A stretch of 55,468 bases of DNA, filler included, from Stramenopiles sp. TOSAG23-6 (taxonomy: Eukaryota), in NCBI GenBank assembly GCA_900128565.1. It is 4 parts of 4 records of this genome, joined end to end, with 100 filler letters (N's around TTAATTAATTAA, not from the genome) between each part and the next. Parts side by side here need not be neighbours in the genome. Positions count along the whole stretch, not along the records: positions 41,741 to 55,468 come from LT636160.1; 3 more parts are not named here. One strand, written 5' to 3'. The notes beneath the pieces are model-generated. The model was not told where the DNA came from, ran no database searches, and saw only the letters and a program-made list of their open reading frames with translations. Below are positions 42,053 to 54,500 of the stretch, one piece after another (position 1 is the stretch's first letter; the number at the start of each line of letters is the position of its first letter). The translations under genes were made by a program, and so were the position numbers.

Positions 42053-43288
42053 ATGCGCAGAGATGTGCTTTTATCTTGGGCATTATTGTTTGGAGTAAAT
42101 ATTATAGGGAATTTCATACTGATTCCTATAAATATGAATTTGCTTCTGCAGGCATTTTTAACTATTTACATTGGTGCGCATGATTCTTTATTAAACGTTG
42201 AGGAGGAAAATCTGACGATGGAGGATGCTGGTATGTTTCCTGTATTTGGATCTTTCATGTTGTTGTCTCTATATGTTGTATTTAAGCTATTTGACAAGGA
42301 ATATGTCAATATGCTTCTACTGGCATATTTTATTATGGTGGGTACATTTGCTCTTGCCAGTGCTATTTCACCATTAGTAAGATGTCTCCTCGGAAAGGAA
42401 ACCCAGAAGGAGAAAAAAACCAAGAAGGAGAAAAAAACAAATGGATCTAATCCTAACGCTTTATTCTGTGTAACAATCCCTCTTCCTAAATTTGTAGACG
42501 ATAAACCTTTGGTTATTTCTCCGGACTTTTCTCAAATTATTGCTTTTCTACTTGCTACCATCAACGCTACAGTATACCTAAAAACCAAACACTGGTGTGC
42601 CAACAATATTTTTGGATGTGTCTTTTCATTATCCGCAATCAAGCAAATTAAACTGGGTAGCTACAAAATTGGGTGCCTCCTTCTCATTGGACTATTTTTT
42701 TATGACATATTCTGGGTTTTTGGGACTGATGTGATGGTCACTGTAGCAAAATCGTTTGACGCACCCATTAAACTTCTCTTTCCCCGTGAGTTCGCCACAA
42801 TAGATACGAAAATGCAATTCTCAATGCTCGGTCTTGGTGATATCGTGATGCCTGGTATATTTCTTGCACTATTACTTCGATTTGATTTCAAAAAATCTCA
42901 GAAAGGAGAGATAGACTGTGTTGACTTGTCTGTTCGAGAAACGGCAACGTTTACTAAAACCTATTTTAACATTGGTATGATCTTTTATACATTGGGTTTA
43001 AGTACAACAGTTTTTGTTATGTATACATTTAAAGCTGCCCAGCCAGCTTTATTATATTTGGTACCTGCTTGTCTCTTATCGTCTTTCCTCCCAGCGTACG
43101 TTTTAGTTTTTTCAATTTATATCTAAATTTGTTTTTCGTACGAAATTTCGTACCTAACAAAACAAATTTNAAAAAAAAATATTTTTTCACAATTTATGTT
43201 ATTCTTTGGAGAAATTGGAAAACTTTTTGCATATGAAGACTTAACTATTGTCGTCCCAGAGGAAGACAAAAAGAAAAAGGATAATTAA
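42053..43288 (+). CDS. HM13: Signal peptide peptidase; exons 42053-43095, 43198-43288
   Basis: YDIFWVF, LGLGD and QPALLYLVP motifs; spliced tail PALFFGEIGKLFAYED...KKKKDN. Confidence 0.92.
43096..43197 (+). other. GT-AT family intron (102 nt)
   Basis: CCA GC|GTACGT...TTTCGTACGAAATTTCGTACCTAAC...CACAATTTAT|G TTA; contains a stop. Confidence 0.8.
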
Positions 43289-43473
43289 TTTGAAGTTGTT
43301 TCGGTGTGATAATATTTATATTTTTCAATCATAATTTATCCTCATATAATACCTTTTAAGGTTTTCATAAAAAATGATGTAAACTTTAAAACACGAAAAT
43401 CTAAATAAATTACAATATTCCAACTTAGATTTTTTAATTTTGATAAATTTGCTACCTTTGTCGTGTTCTGTCA

Positions 43474-43507
43474 GTCTGACCCAAAGGTATATACCTTTGG
43501 TCTGACC
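43474..43507. mobile_element. 18-bp palindrome flanked by an 8-bp direct repeat (transposon footprint or mini-element)
   Basis: GTCTGACC-CAAAGGTATATACCTTTG-GTCTGACC. Confidence 0.5.
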
Positions 43508-43657
43508 AGTACGGTACGCGTAACAAAGGTAACCTCACTTGCTATAAAAAAAATATTACATACATTAATTGCTGCAGCTGCCTTCTACAAATATTATTAC
43601 ACATCTGTGGTGTTACGTTACATTTCTTAGGAAATACACTCTAATATATATTAAAGC

Positions 43658-44635
43658 ATGGTGACAGGAGATGCTGAAATTGAAATTGTTGGTTTGCAGT
43701 ATAAAGAAGAGCGGCATCCTGCACTCACCCAGATCTCGAGCGCAAACAACTGTTCCTGCCTTANAGGACTAATAGTGGATGATGCAATCACTAGTACAAT
43801 TTCGAAGCAAAAAAAGAATTTCTCTCAGCGCGTCATACTAAGCTTGGAGAAAAATCAGTTATTAAGCACATGTTGGGTTGCGTACTGTCTCTTTTGTGTT
43901 AATGCTATTTTCTTCGTTGGTAAGTTTACGGACTGGCCGCTGTCTTGGCCTCATGAAACCGATTGTTCAGAACAAGGATTCCAGAATAGGCGTATGTGGG
44001 GAGAAACCTGTTGGTTCACCTGCATTATTGCATTGGCAATATTTCATGGTGGAAACATTGGTAAAAACCTTTTGAACCAGAAGTACCCTTTTTTCTATCT
44101 GCTCTTCACACTAGCAGTGGCCTTTGGCTCTGTAGTACTTTGTCCCTCTAAATATCATTTTGAACTTAAAAGATCAATGTCAAATCCAGCGGCTATAGCT
44201 ATTATTTTTTCTNTTATTGTTGGGGTAATGATTATTGTCATACATTTGTTTCTTGCAAGGCGAAAAGGTTGGGTATATTTTTTTGTCTACCTCAGTCAAT
44301 TAACTTTACCAATTATTTTACTTGTAACCATAATATTTTTTATGGAAGCTTCACCACTGCGAAACTTACGTAAGGATAATTCAAAAAGAGTATATAATTT
44401 CCATCTACATGTATATCATATATTTGGGTATATGTCTTTTTTTTGTAGATTCACAGAAAGTTTTGTTTCTCGTATTTTCCAATGTGTAGCTGTTGGAATA
44501 TGTATGAGTTATTTGGGACTTTACGGACCAAAACATATGTTTGAACTTAACATTCACAATATTGAAGATAGTAGTATGAGCACATTGAATCAAAATTACA
44601 GATGGTATCAGTACATCAAAGGACCATGCTATTAG
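43658..44635 (+). CDS. Hypothetical multi-pass membrane protein
   Basis: 325-aa ORF with about 7 hydrophobic segments and an FHLHVYH motif. Confidence 0.65.
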   Translation: MVTGDAEIEIVGLQYKEERHPALTQISSANNCSCLXGLIVDDAITSTISKQKKNFSQRVILSLEKNQLLSTCWVAYCLFCVNAIFFVGKFTDWPLSWPHETDCSEQGFQNRRMWGETCWFTCIIALAIFHGGNIGKNLLNQKYPFFYLLFTLAVAFGSVVLCPSKYHFELKRSMSNPAAIAIIFSXIVGVMIIVIHLFLARRKGWVYFFVYLSQLTLPIILLVTIIFFMEASPLRNLRKDNSKRVYNFHLHVYHIFGYMSFFCRFTESFVSRIFQCVAVGICMSYLGLYGPKHMFELNIHNIEDSSMSTLNQNYRWYQYIKGPCY

Positions 44636-44816
44636 TATGTGTAATAATTTGTACAAATCAATTTTTTTATTTATTTTATGAAAAAATAAATAAATTTTCA
44701 ATTTGAATCGGTCAGAATTTGATGGATTGATAACAAGATTCTTGAAAGACAACAAAAAAGCCTTTTTTATTTAGGCATTGAATAGAATTCTTTTATAGTA
44801 CGTCAAAAAAAACATC

Positions 44817-45934
44817 ATGATGACCGCATTAAGAAGGCGCATTTGTCATTTTTATTCGGGAATGACTAATCAACGTACATTATCTTCACTATCGTCTGGA
44901 AATTCTGGTCACGTATGTGTAAATGGTATAGACTTGCATTTTGTGAAAAGTGGCCCACCAGATCCGTTATGCATAGATGATAATCCAATCATTTGTATGC
45001 CTGGAGCTTTAGGAACTGCAGCCACAGATTTTTCTCCCCAGTTAGACAACATAAATGGCCTTGCAAATTCGCATGATGTTATTTCGTTCGATCCTCGGGG
45101 ATATGGAAAATCTAGACCTCCTGTTCGTGATTTCCCCCTTGATTTTTATCACAGGGATGCAGATGATGCTGCTGAGCTCATGAACGTTCTTGGCCACAAA
45201 AAATATACAGTAATGGGTTGGAGTGATGGTGCAATTAGTGCTGTCATCCATGCAGCTCGACATCCTGATCGTGTGAGGAGTTTAATAATATTTGGAGGTA
45301 ACGCCTTTTTTACAGCTGATGATATTGCTGCTTTCGAAGCAACTCGGGATGTTGAAAAATCGTGGAGTTCACGGATGAAAGACACACATACTCCTGTGTA
45401 TGGTTCTGACTTGCAGGACATGTGGTCAGGTGCATGTGATGCATGGGCTCGAATTCTTCATGAACTTGATGGGAATATGTACGCTTTTTAAATTAAATTT
45501 AAAATTGTTTTTTCGAAGAAAACAATTGAATTAAAAATATTTTTCACTAACAAAAAAATTGAACTAAAAATATTTTTCACAATATATCTGCGTCGATGAA
45601 GCACGATCTCTCCAATGTCCTACGTTAATTCTACACGGTGCGAAAGATCCACTTTGTCTTCAGACCCATGCAGAGTGGTTTCTAGACAATATTCCAAATT
45701 CACAATTGAAAATATTTCCTGATGGGAAGCATGTATGAATTATTTTTTTTCAAATTCGATTTTTTTTCGTACGAAAATTTGTACCTAACAAATTTTAGTT
45801 TTTTTTTTTTTTTGAAATATTTTTCCAAAATACATAATCTTCATTTACGTTTTGCTGATGATTTTAATAAAATGGTATCTGAATTTATCAAAAGTGTATA
45901 TATAGAAAAAGAGAAACAAACAGTAAACTTGTAA
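44817..45934 (+). CDS. BPHL: Valacyclovir hydrolase/BPHL-like alpha/beta hydrolase; exons 44817-45478, 45588-45732, 45836-45934
   Basis: PGALG, DPRGYGKSRPP, GWSDG nucleophile; spliced DGNI|C...CPTLILHGAKDP...GKH|NLHLRFADDFN. Confidence 0.9.
45479..45587 (+). other. GT-AT intron (109 nt, divergent family member)
   Basis: AAT AT|GTACGC...CACTAAC...AAATATTTTTCACAATATAT|C TGC. Confidence 0.8.
45733..45835 (+). other. GT-AT family intron (103 nt)
   Basis: AAG CAT|GTATGA...core...GAAATATTTTTCCAAAATACAT|AAT CTT. The internal TAG would add 37 nt and frameshift. Confidence 0.85.
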
Positions 45935-45997
45935 GATTTAGGTATAAAAATTTAATACACAGTTTATAAAATTATAACCATTAAAAAATATACAAAA

Positions 45998-48164
45998 TCA
46001 CTTTTGAAAAGATGCGGGATTTTTTTCGTCTAAACCTTTCAATGGACATTTTCCTTCTTTTTCGCCATGAAATTGTTCAGTATTGCCACAAGTCCAACAA
46101 TAACGAGATTTACTACTTTCATTATCTATCTCGGGGTTATCACTACAGCTATTTTTATCTATATGTTTTCTATCTAAGACAATCACAGCGCTTGTACTAG
46201 CCCAACCAATACAATGGTCTACCATATAAGCAACACGAGGAATATAATATGAACCTACGGGAAGTTTTCGTTTCTTTTGTTTTCTCGATCGTTTCTTTAT
46301 ACCTTTTCCTTTTAAAGTAGTACTATTCGTAGGAGCATCATCACCAATTAATTCAGATTTTGCAATTTCTATTTCAATATTACTATCAACATGTTGACAT
46401 TTGCTGGTGAGTGTCTTTTTGAAATCATCAGTTTTTTGTTTCTTCTTTGGGGGTAATACATCCAAATCATCAGAATTACTATTGTCTATTTCAGTATTTA
46501 CTTTTTGATTTTGAAATGGTGAAGGCACACAAAGTGATGTCAAATCGTGTACCATTGTATTATGTGATGCAGCAACTTGTTGAGGAAAGTCGCCTCTACC
46601 CCAAATACCAGAAGTCTCAGAGATATATATAATTTTATCTACATACTCACAGGAGCGAAGTGCGTCGACAATATTTTCAGGTATTTTAGAACTACAAATT
46701 CCATTTTGACCTTTACACTGCAAAATGACAATATTTTGTGTTTTCTTGATTCCATTAGTAGCTTTTAATTTGTTTTTCTTTGCTGCTTCCTCAAATAAAT
46801 ACAAATTTTGAATAATAGAAGAGGGGTTGCCAACTTCTATACTATTCAAAGAGTCAGAATATCCATTTTTTTTGACGAATGAAGAAAATTGACTAGAATC
46901 AATAATAAAGTTTTCTCTGTAGTGAATATGCATGTTTGATACACTATTCGTAGTACTATCAGTATTTTCATTACTATTTAATATTGCACGATTAATTGTA
47001 CCAAAAAGATTCGATATACTCTGATCTCGCGATACATTCAAATCATCACAATTTCGTAAGTTTTCATCTTTGATGATATTATTTACAGGCTGAATTGGAC
47101 AACAGACTGAACCCCTTTGTATACTTTTAAGCCAATGTGGTAATCCAGTGGCGCAGCTATCCAAACCCAAAAGAGAAATTGATGCGAATGTATTTTGGGA
47201 AATATGTCAAAAAATGTTTTTGTTAGCTACAAAATTTGTACAAAATTTGGTACAAAATCGAAATTTGAAATGAATAATAAAACATACACCTAAGTCGTCT
47301 GACGACTCTCCTAAGTGCCGATGCAACACCAATCAGTTTCAGTGAACGTTGTAATTTGATAGAAACTTTCCTCCAATCATTTTTATCAAATTTTGAAGTA
47401 TCTTGATCTACACGTGCAGGGTAGCCACCCTCCAATAAAATGCCACATGGACCTGAAACTTTTGCTGCGCGGATTTTTTTTTCCGAAGCATTAACAACAA
47501 GCTCATATTCAACTCTTTCAGATTGACGTAATTGACGAAAATGGGTAGGTTTGCATAAAAGAGCACTTTGGTGGACAAATATTTCGTCGCCACCATCATC
47601 GGGTTGAATGAAACCCATGCCTTTCTTTCTATTAAACCAGAGAACAGACCCTCGAAATTTGCCGAATATTGTGTGCCACAGAGGGCAAAACTCCACAACA
47701 TGCCTCCCATGTTGTGCTGAGACACATCCTTTACAATTGCATGGTGTGTCTAATATTCGTACGTATACTGCGTCACAGGATATGTAGAAAAATCCTGGTC
47801 TGTAATCAGCATAACCTTCCGGACGATTATTGTGCACTGAGTACACACCAGGAGGTGGGTTAGGGCGATCAGAAACACTACATTTCTGTCGATATAGCTT
47901 AACACCCGAAGGAGACCATAATTCGTCGTAATATTTTCTTTTATGGAACTCTGTAAAAGAATGCTCCTCTATTTGGTCTTTCTTGAATTCAAAGTAAGGA
48001 CCGTGATCGCCTAGCAACACTCTCTCGTAACCTCTAGCCAATATATTTCCTCCAAAATCAGAGAAAAATACATCCGGTGAACCTTCCTCGGTGACACAAA
48101 GCTTTGACTGCACTAAAAAAAGATCGCGAATTCTATTCTCAAGGCCAATACAAGTAGAAGTCAT
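45998..48164 (-). CDS. Cold-shock-domain protein with unknown N- and C-terminal domains; exons 48164-47288, 47187-45998
   Basis: CSD FRGSVLWFNRKKGMGFIQPDDGGDEIFVHQS; removing the intron joins two ORFs in frame (RLR-F-ASISLLGLDS). Confidence 0.75.
47188..47287 (-). other. GT-AT family intron (100 nt)
   Basis: Minus strand AGG T|GTATGT...TTTTGTAGCTAAC...TTTCCCAAAATACAT|TC GCA. Confidence 0.78.
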
Positions 48165-48520
48165 TCTTGCAAGTAATGTCTAAAAATGCCTTTCTACTAT
48201 GTACACTTGAGAGTGTTAAGCGTAAAGCTAAAAAAAAGCCAGCGCGGAAGGTAAGCTTTTTTTCCGTTTCATGATTTAGATTTAAACACAAAAAATCCGT
48301 ATTTTTTGAGGTTTTCTTGTCGTATTTTTTGCGATTTTTTGTTCAATGTGTTTGATTTAATTTGGCTTTCTATTATCATCAAATTTATATTCGTATTCTT
48401 GTTCTACATATAGAAAAACAAACTAATTCACGATAATCATACAAATTCTTCAATTATTATGTGTTACTACAGCATATTCTAAAAATTTTATCAAAAGTTT
48501 TTTATTAAAAAAATATAAAA

Positions 48521-51500
48521 TCAAGTTGCAAGTGATAAAAGAATAGCTGTACCTCGCTTCACCCAGAAGTCTCCTGGTACACCGGCACCACTCTTTAAGT
48601 CGACTGTAAGCATATACGATGGACGTTCCCGTGTACCTGTGCGAATAGGGAAATAATAGCAGGGGCAATTATATAAACCTTTACTACGTTTTTTGTTCTC
48701 TACCGGTTTGAAGTGCACAATAGGCATTAAGGAGTACAACTCCATAGGATTTGCATCCTTCAGACAGGTATTTTCATAATCCCATTGGGCTCCTTCGAGA
48801 AACATTCCTACAATGTAAGCACCAGCATCAGGTGCTTCTTTGATACTTGTACTTTCGGTATTTGCCATTACTGGGAAATCCCATGAAAGGGAATCAATAC
48901 CCACTCCATTCGCCCGTGCTTCTGTCTGAAGTAAAGCAGTAAGAAAACCTGTAGGGTATGTTAGCCCTGCAAGCCAAAATGACTTTGGTACGCCCACGTT
49001 ACTCCAATTACTAATTTGTTCAGCGCGTTGCTGTAAATCACGAATCCATGTGCCAAGGGATTTCAGAGAAGGATAAGCAAACATCCAAGCGGTCGGTACT
49101 GATCCTATAAGTAATGAATCGAATATTGTTTCAAGTTCAGGTGTGATAATGACGAGACCTTGAATACCAAGTTCAAGTGATTTCAACGATGTATGCATAA
49201 AGGAAAGCAGCTTTGTATATCTTTGTACCTCCTGCATCAAAAAACTCTTAAGTGGTGCTGGATCTGATCTTGAGCTCAATTTCTCTTGAATTTTTTCAGG
49301 TTCAAATGTTTCTGGGACTTTTTCAAGAAGATCTCTGCAAACACCCAATACTATATCAGAGCTGGAGGCACCACCTGTGCTTGCCGACCCAGCACTCAGT
49401 GACAAAATTGTTTTTAACAATATATCAGTATCGTCTATTTGAGATGAAATATCTGCATTACTATGTTGTCCGAATGCAGCAGGTTTGTCAATGTTTGGTA
49501 GCTGACGTATGTATTCTCTGTAGCTTTCTAAATTCCCGTCTACTGGAATGTAATACTCGGATAAAGTAGACATTCGATGCTTTGGTTCCTCAATACAGTT
49601 AGGTGAATAAACTTCATCGATGTAAACATTCAAAAGACGTCGGTCCCATGAATCTGTAACACGGCCACCATAATTAGCTTCTGCAGTTAAATATTGTATT
49701 GCTTCCCAAGGTGTATTCTCAGGATATGTATCCAAGTATAGAACAAGAATATCTGCACAAATCGACCAATCAGAGTCGTTAAAATCGTAAGGAATATTAA
49801 AACCAAGCGTTTTAAACTTTCTCCTTTCTAATAAAATGGAGTGAAACCAACACAGAGAAAAGTAAAGTTTCTTTAACTTATATTTCTGTTCGCTTTTTTC
49901 AAAAATATCATCTTTCGTCAAGTTATACAAACGCAATAAATTTGCCTTAAGTCCACGAGGGGGCTCTGTTGTCATTTTCGCTGCTCGCTGTAAAATTGCA
50001 ATTGGAAATTTTGGGTGTGGGTTCGAAGATAACCATAGCCTGAAATCTTTGTGTGGTTCACCTTCACAATACTCACTGATAATTTTTTCTAGTGTTCCTA
50101 ACCAGCTAAGCATCAAATGACAATTAGCAAGGAAAACCCACGAACCATCTCTTAAAGCATCATCAATTAGTTTTTTGGCAATCGGTCCTTGACCTTGACC
50201 TAGAGAAACTTGTTTTACTTTGATATCTCCCAATTTTTTCCCAAGTGCAACTACTTGGTGTGTAGGGTCAACACCCGGTGATAATACAAATACGAGTGGT
50301 ATCCTACATGTTGATGTTTTGTACACTTCATACAAATCAAAAGGTGGGGGTTCTGTATATTTTGCCCCAATATTATTATCTACAAAGTTCTTTGCGGCGA
50401 AACCAACTCGATCACCACGGAGACATCTTAAAATAAGCATTCGCTGTAATTCACTACATTTGCTATTCCAATCACCAGGCAATGACTCCTTTTCCGGACA
50501 AGGTGTCATGTACCACTCTTTCCAGTCTCTATGAAATTGTTCAAATGTAGACGCGAGACCTTTGAAATGACCACCAGGAAGAGCGTCCAATTCCATGATA
50601 TTATCCCAACCAGTCGGATCAATAAAATCAGTACATGGATTTTCCCTCTGGTCTGACCTATCAAGAACAATTCCTCCTTTCAAGAAGAACTGAAATTCTG
50701 CCATTGGCAATTTACCAGCTTTCGCCATTAGACGAGTGCACATTAAGAATGAGAGAAGCAGCTTGTGCCTTTCAAATAAACCAAGACATGTATAATTATA
50801 AACAGCAAGCATATGGTAATCATTAACTTGTTGAATTCTTTCCTGAATTTCAACTGCTCCGCCGCCCTTGCTGCGGCTCTTTTCAATTGAAGATTGAAAT
50901 AATGCAGAATATGCAGCTAGAGAAAACTGATACATCGGATCAACTCTAGCAAGATCGTTAAGAATAAAGAACAATACAGAAGATTGAATGGAAATAGGTT
51001 TGTAACTATTACGAGCTTCGTCAATCTTAATCTCTGTTTCTTCAGATATCTTAAGTTGCTTCACCACATTAAGTGACGTTGTTTTACTAGCCTGTAGTGT
51101 TTTCACTAAATCTTCGTCATCCAACAAACTTCCCTCTGCCTCTGATAGCATTTTAAGAATTAAATCTTCCAGCTCTACAATTTTTTTCTTTCCAGCAGCA
51201 ACCGTTGCGACGAGTTCGGATTTCTGAATTTCTAATTTTGGTTCTTCTTTTTGTACCACAATACCAAGCAACTGATCTTCAAGACCTTGTTCTTTCACTG
51301 CGAAGTTGATAATCGTTGCTTTCGTTGATACCTCAGGTGTGTAGTGAGGATTTGCTAATTTTGTAGTTATATACATCCGGAAATCTGCACTCCAGTCAAC
51401 TTCTTTTTCACCCAATCGAATGATCTGTCGGGTACCAATTTTGATGATGGCTTTATTTAATACTGGTTCCAATGCCGGGTCGAGTTCTTCTTCGACATCT

Positions 51501-54500
51501 TGTAATAGATAAGGCATTCCAAATTGGATGCTGTTTTCCAGCTGTCGCAAGAAGTCCGCCATTGATAAATCTACAGTTTTTAATTGTGATCCCTCAAGAT
51601 TGCGAATCCATAACTTAGCTTGCTCTTGTGGGTCTATCATCAGCGGCCATCTTTCACATGATGTGACAATGACACCATTTTCTGTGGAGAAACTGTCGCG
51701 AGGCAACCCTTGAATATTCCACATACGAACGTCCGTTGGTTTAGCCAGGAACTCGGAAAAGTCGAAGTCATCCGTCATAGCAACTTCTCTTTTTAGTACA
51801 ACTTCATTCCATATACTTCCAAGTGTTGCACGGTACTCCACATCAAATGGACCAGCATAAGTACGGAAAGCTGTACCTATCAACGAATCGCCAACAGAAT
51901 TCACAAGACTTTTCTGATAACCTGAAATAGATTCGCCCCAACGAACTCTCTCTCCACTTAAACCAGAAACTAACTTATCAGCACGCTCCAGTTTAGTTTT
52001 TAGAGATTCTGCTTCCGCGAGAAGTTTATTTTTTTCACCGACGCTTCCATCATATTTTTCTTTTAGTACTGCTAATTTGTCCAAAACTTCTTTTAACTGA
52101 GCTTGAGCTTTTGCCAAAGCTGCCTGTTTTATACCCAGTGATTTCATTGCCTTCTTTAAAGCTTCTCTTTTAGGTGCAACCTCTTTATGCACTTGACTAT
52201 ATGTGAAAATTGCATGACACCACACACATAAGGCACCCGCGGCCTTTGATACTCGAAAGACTGCTTCTGGATCGAAGTCTGGATTTCTTATATATTTCTT
52301 CAGTTTGTTAACAACTTTAGCGGGGACATTATCTTTGTCGTATCCTTTCACTTGCGATAAGAAATTGGATTCTCCAATTTTTTTCTTTGCAGACGCCCAA
52401 TCTGTTTTACCTTTGAAAAGAGTCATCACTCCCGCAAGAGCAAGCATCACCAATGGTGGTGGCGAAGAATAAGCTTTAACCTCACTAATTGAGGATTTAT
52501 CAAGTTTATCTACCTCTTCCATTGCCTTTTCGAGTGCAGGTAGCGCTCTTCCGAGATCGGCCTGTGCATCGTCTGAGATAGCTTTACATTCCGCGGCTTC
52601 TTTTGATATCCGAATCTCATCAGCTTCGACTTGTTTCCGCTGTTCGTCAGCAATTCGACGTTCTGATACAATAACAACAAGAAGTTCTTCACAATCCTTT
52701 TGCTTCTTTCCCACAATTTCTTGCTTTCTTTCAAGAGCTATAGACATTTCTTCTACCTGTTCTTTAGATTCGTCCAACTTATCCATTCCGTTCTGCAATT
52801 TAACTAACTGGGATTCTAACGCGTGTCGTCTATCACCAAGGATGGTTGAGTAGCCTTTCACAAGCTCAAGATAATGTGTTGGCGTTACATAGTTATGGCG
52901 TTTTAATGAGACTAGCATTTCTTCACTTTTATCAACGACACTTTTGTGAATAGCAGCAAATGATTGAGCTAGTCGTAGTATAACGTCATCTTCTAAACGA
53001 GCATCTTCAAGGAACTTGAGCGCAACTTCCTCTAAAGCATCAGCAGGCCATCCAAGAAACCATGTGATCGTCGTGCAGTTAACAAGTGAGGGAAACATGC
53101 GACATCGATTTCGAAAGCTTGACCCAACAGGCGACATTGCCAATACCACATGCAAATTCGAACGAACTCGTTCAACGAAAAATTCGTACAACTCTTTCTG
53201 TGTGCTTAAACCACATAGGCGACCAGCAGGTTTGACACCTTCAATGATCTCTGTCATATCTTCGGCTTCAAACAAATTAGGAACTTGGCCAATCGACAGG
53301 ATGTTATTTACATCTTCTAGAAATGATTCTTCTTTAATTTGGACATCATTGAATAAGAAAACTGTTGGGTTATTTTCAACACCCGTCATCATAAATAATT
53401 TCTTCAGGTCTTCATGAAAGTCCACGCTACTATATCGTTTGCTGATCTCGATGTTGAAAACCTTTTGCTTACAAATGAAAGAAGCAATACGAGTGAGAGA
53501 TTGCCTACCCGAACCACCAACACCAACAAGCATGCAATTACCTCTAGGTTGTTTGAGTACACGTGAAATAGCACATATATAAAACACGGCGTCGTCGAAC
53601 AATACAAGATTCATTGGAAGATATCCAGGTTCACAGTTGTAATCTTCAAGTGTTGATTCGCAAAACGTCTTTAGCTTCTTAAAATCAGACACTTCTTCAT
53701 AAGGAATAATATTTTCCACGCCAATAGGAGCGGATAAGAAATCAGTAAAAACAGGACCCCTTTGAGGATTATGCTGTCCATCCATCAGATTTTCCCAAGA
53801 AATATCAAAAGTCATTTTGAGTTGATCGTCAATCACACCACGGAAAGATTCCTGATCATCAAATGATGTAAATCTATTCGAAAACACACAGCATGTTTCG
53901 TGTGCAAATAAACGCAACAATGATTCTTTCGTGCCACAACAATTACGGTCAGTTTGACGTATACCTTGTATAACTTTTGCGATATCTCTTAAATTAAAAA
54001 GATAGTGACATTTTACTGGTGTTGGCAAGAATTTTGTCACTGTTGTCTTGTATATGCGAATTAGAGCCATCGCCAAATTTCCTGCCATGTTTTTGACTTC
54101 TTCTTCAAAGTCATGGAAATGGAGCACAAGCATCGTCTCAAATATACGTAATAGTTGTTCGTCTGTTGGCATTGTAAAGTTAATCAAATTGAAACGCGAT
54201 TGTGTGCGCTCGGAAATTTGTGAACGACCACCTCCCGGGGGACCCATTGACGCTATTAGTTGCATATCATTCATTTGCTTCCAAGTTGCTTTCTTACGAT
54301 CATACCAACCGCCATAGTCCATCCATTGTCTGAGAATTTCTACGGCAGCCTGGGAACCAAAAAGATCCTTTGCAGGCATATTCAAGTCGTCTACAAAAAC
54401 AATAAGCTTTTTGCCTCCAGGAGGACCATATTTACCCTTTGCTCTCTTTTCCATACTACCTTCAATAATATCTTGCGTGATTGCAGGTGTCGTTGCTGCA

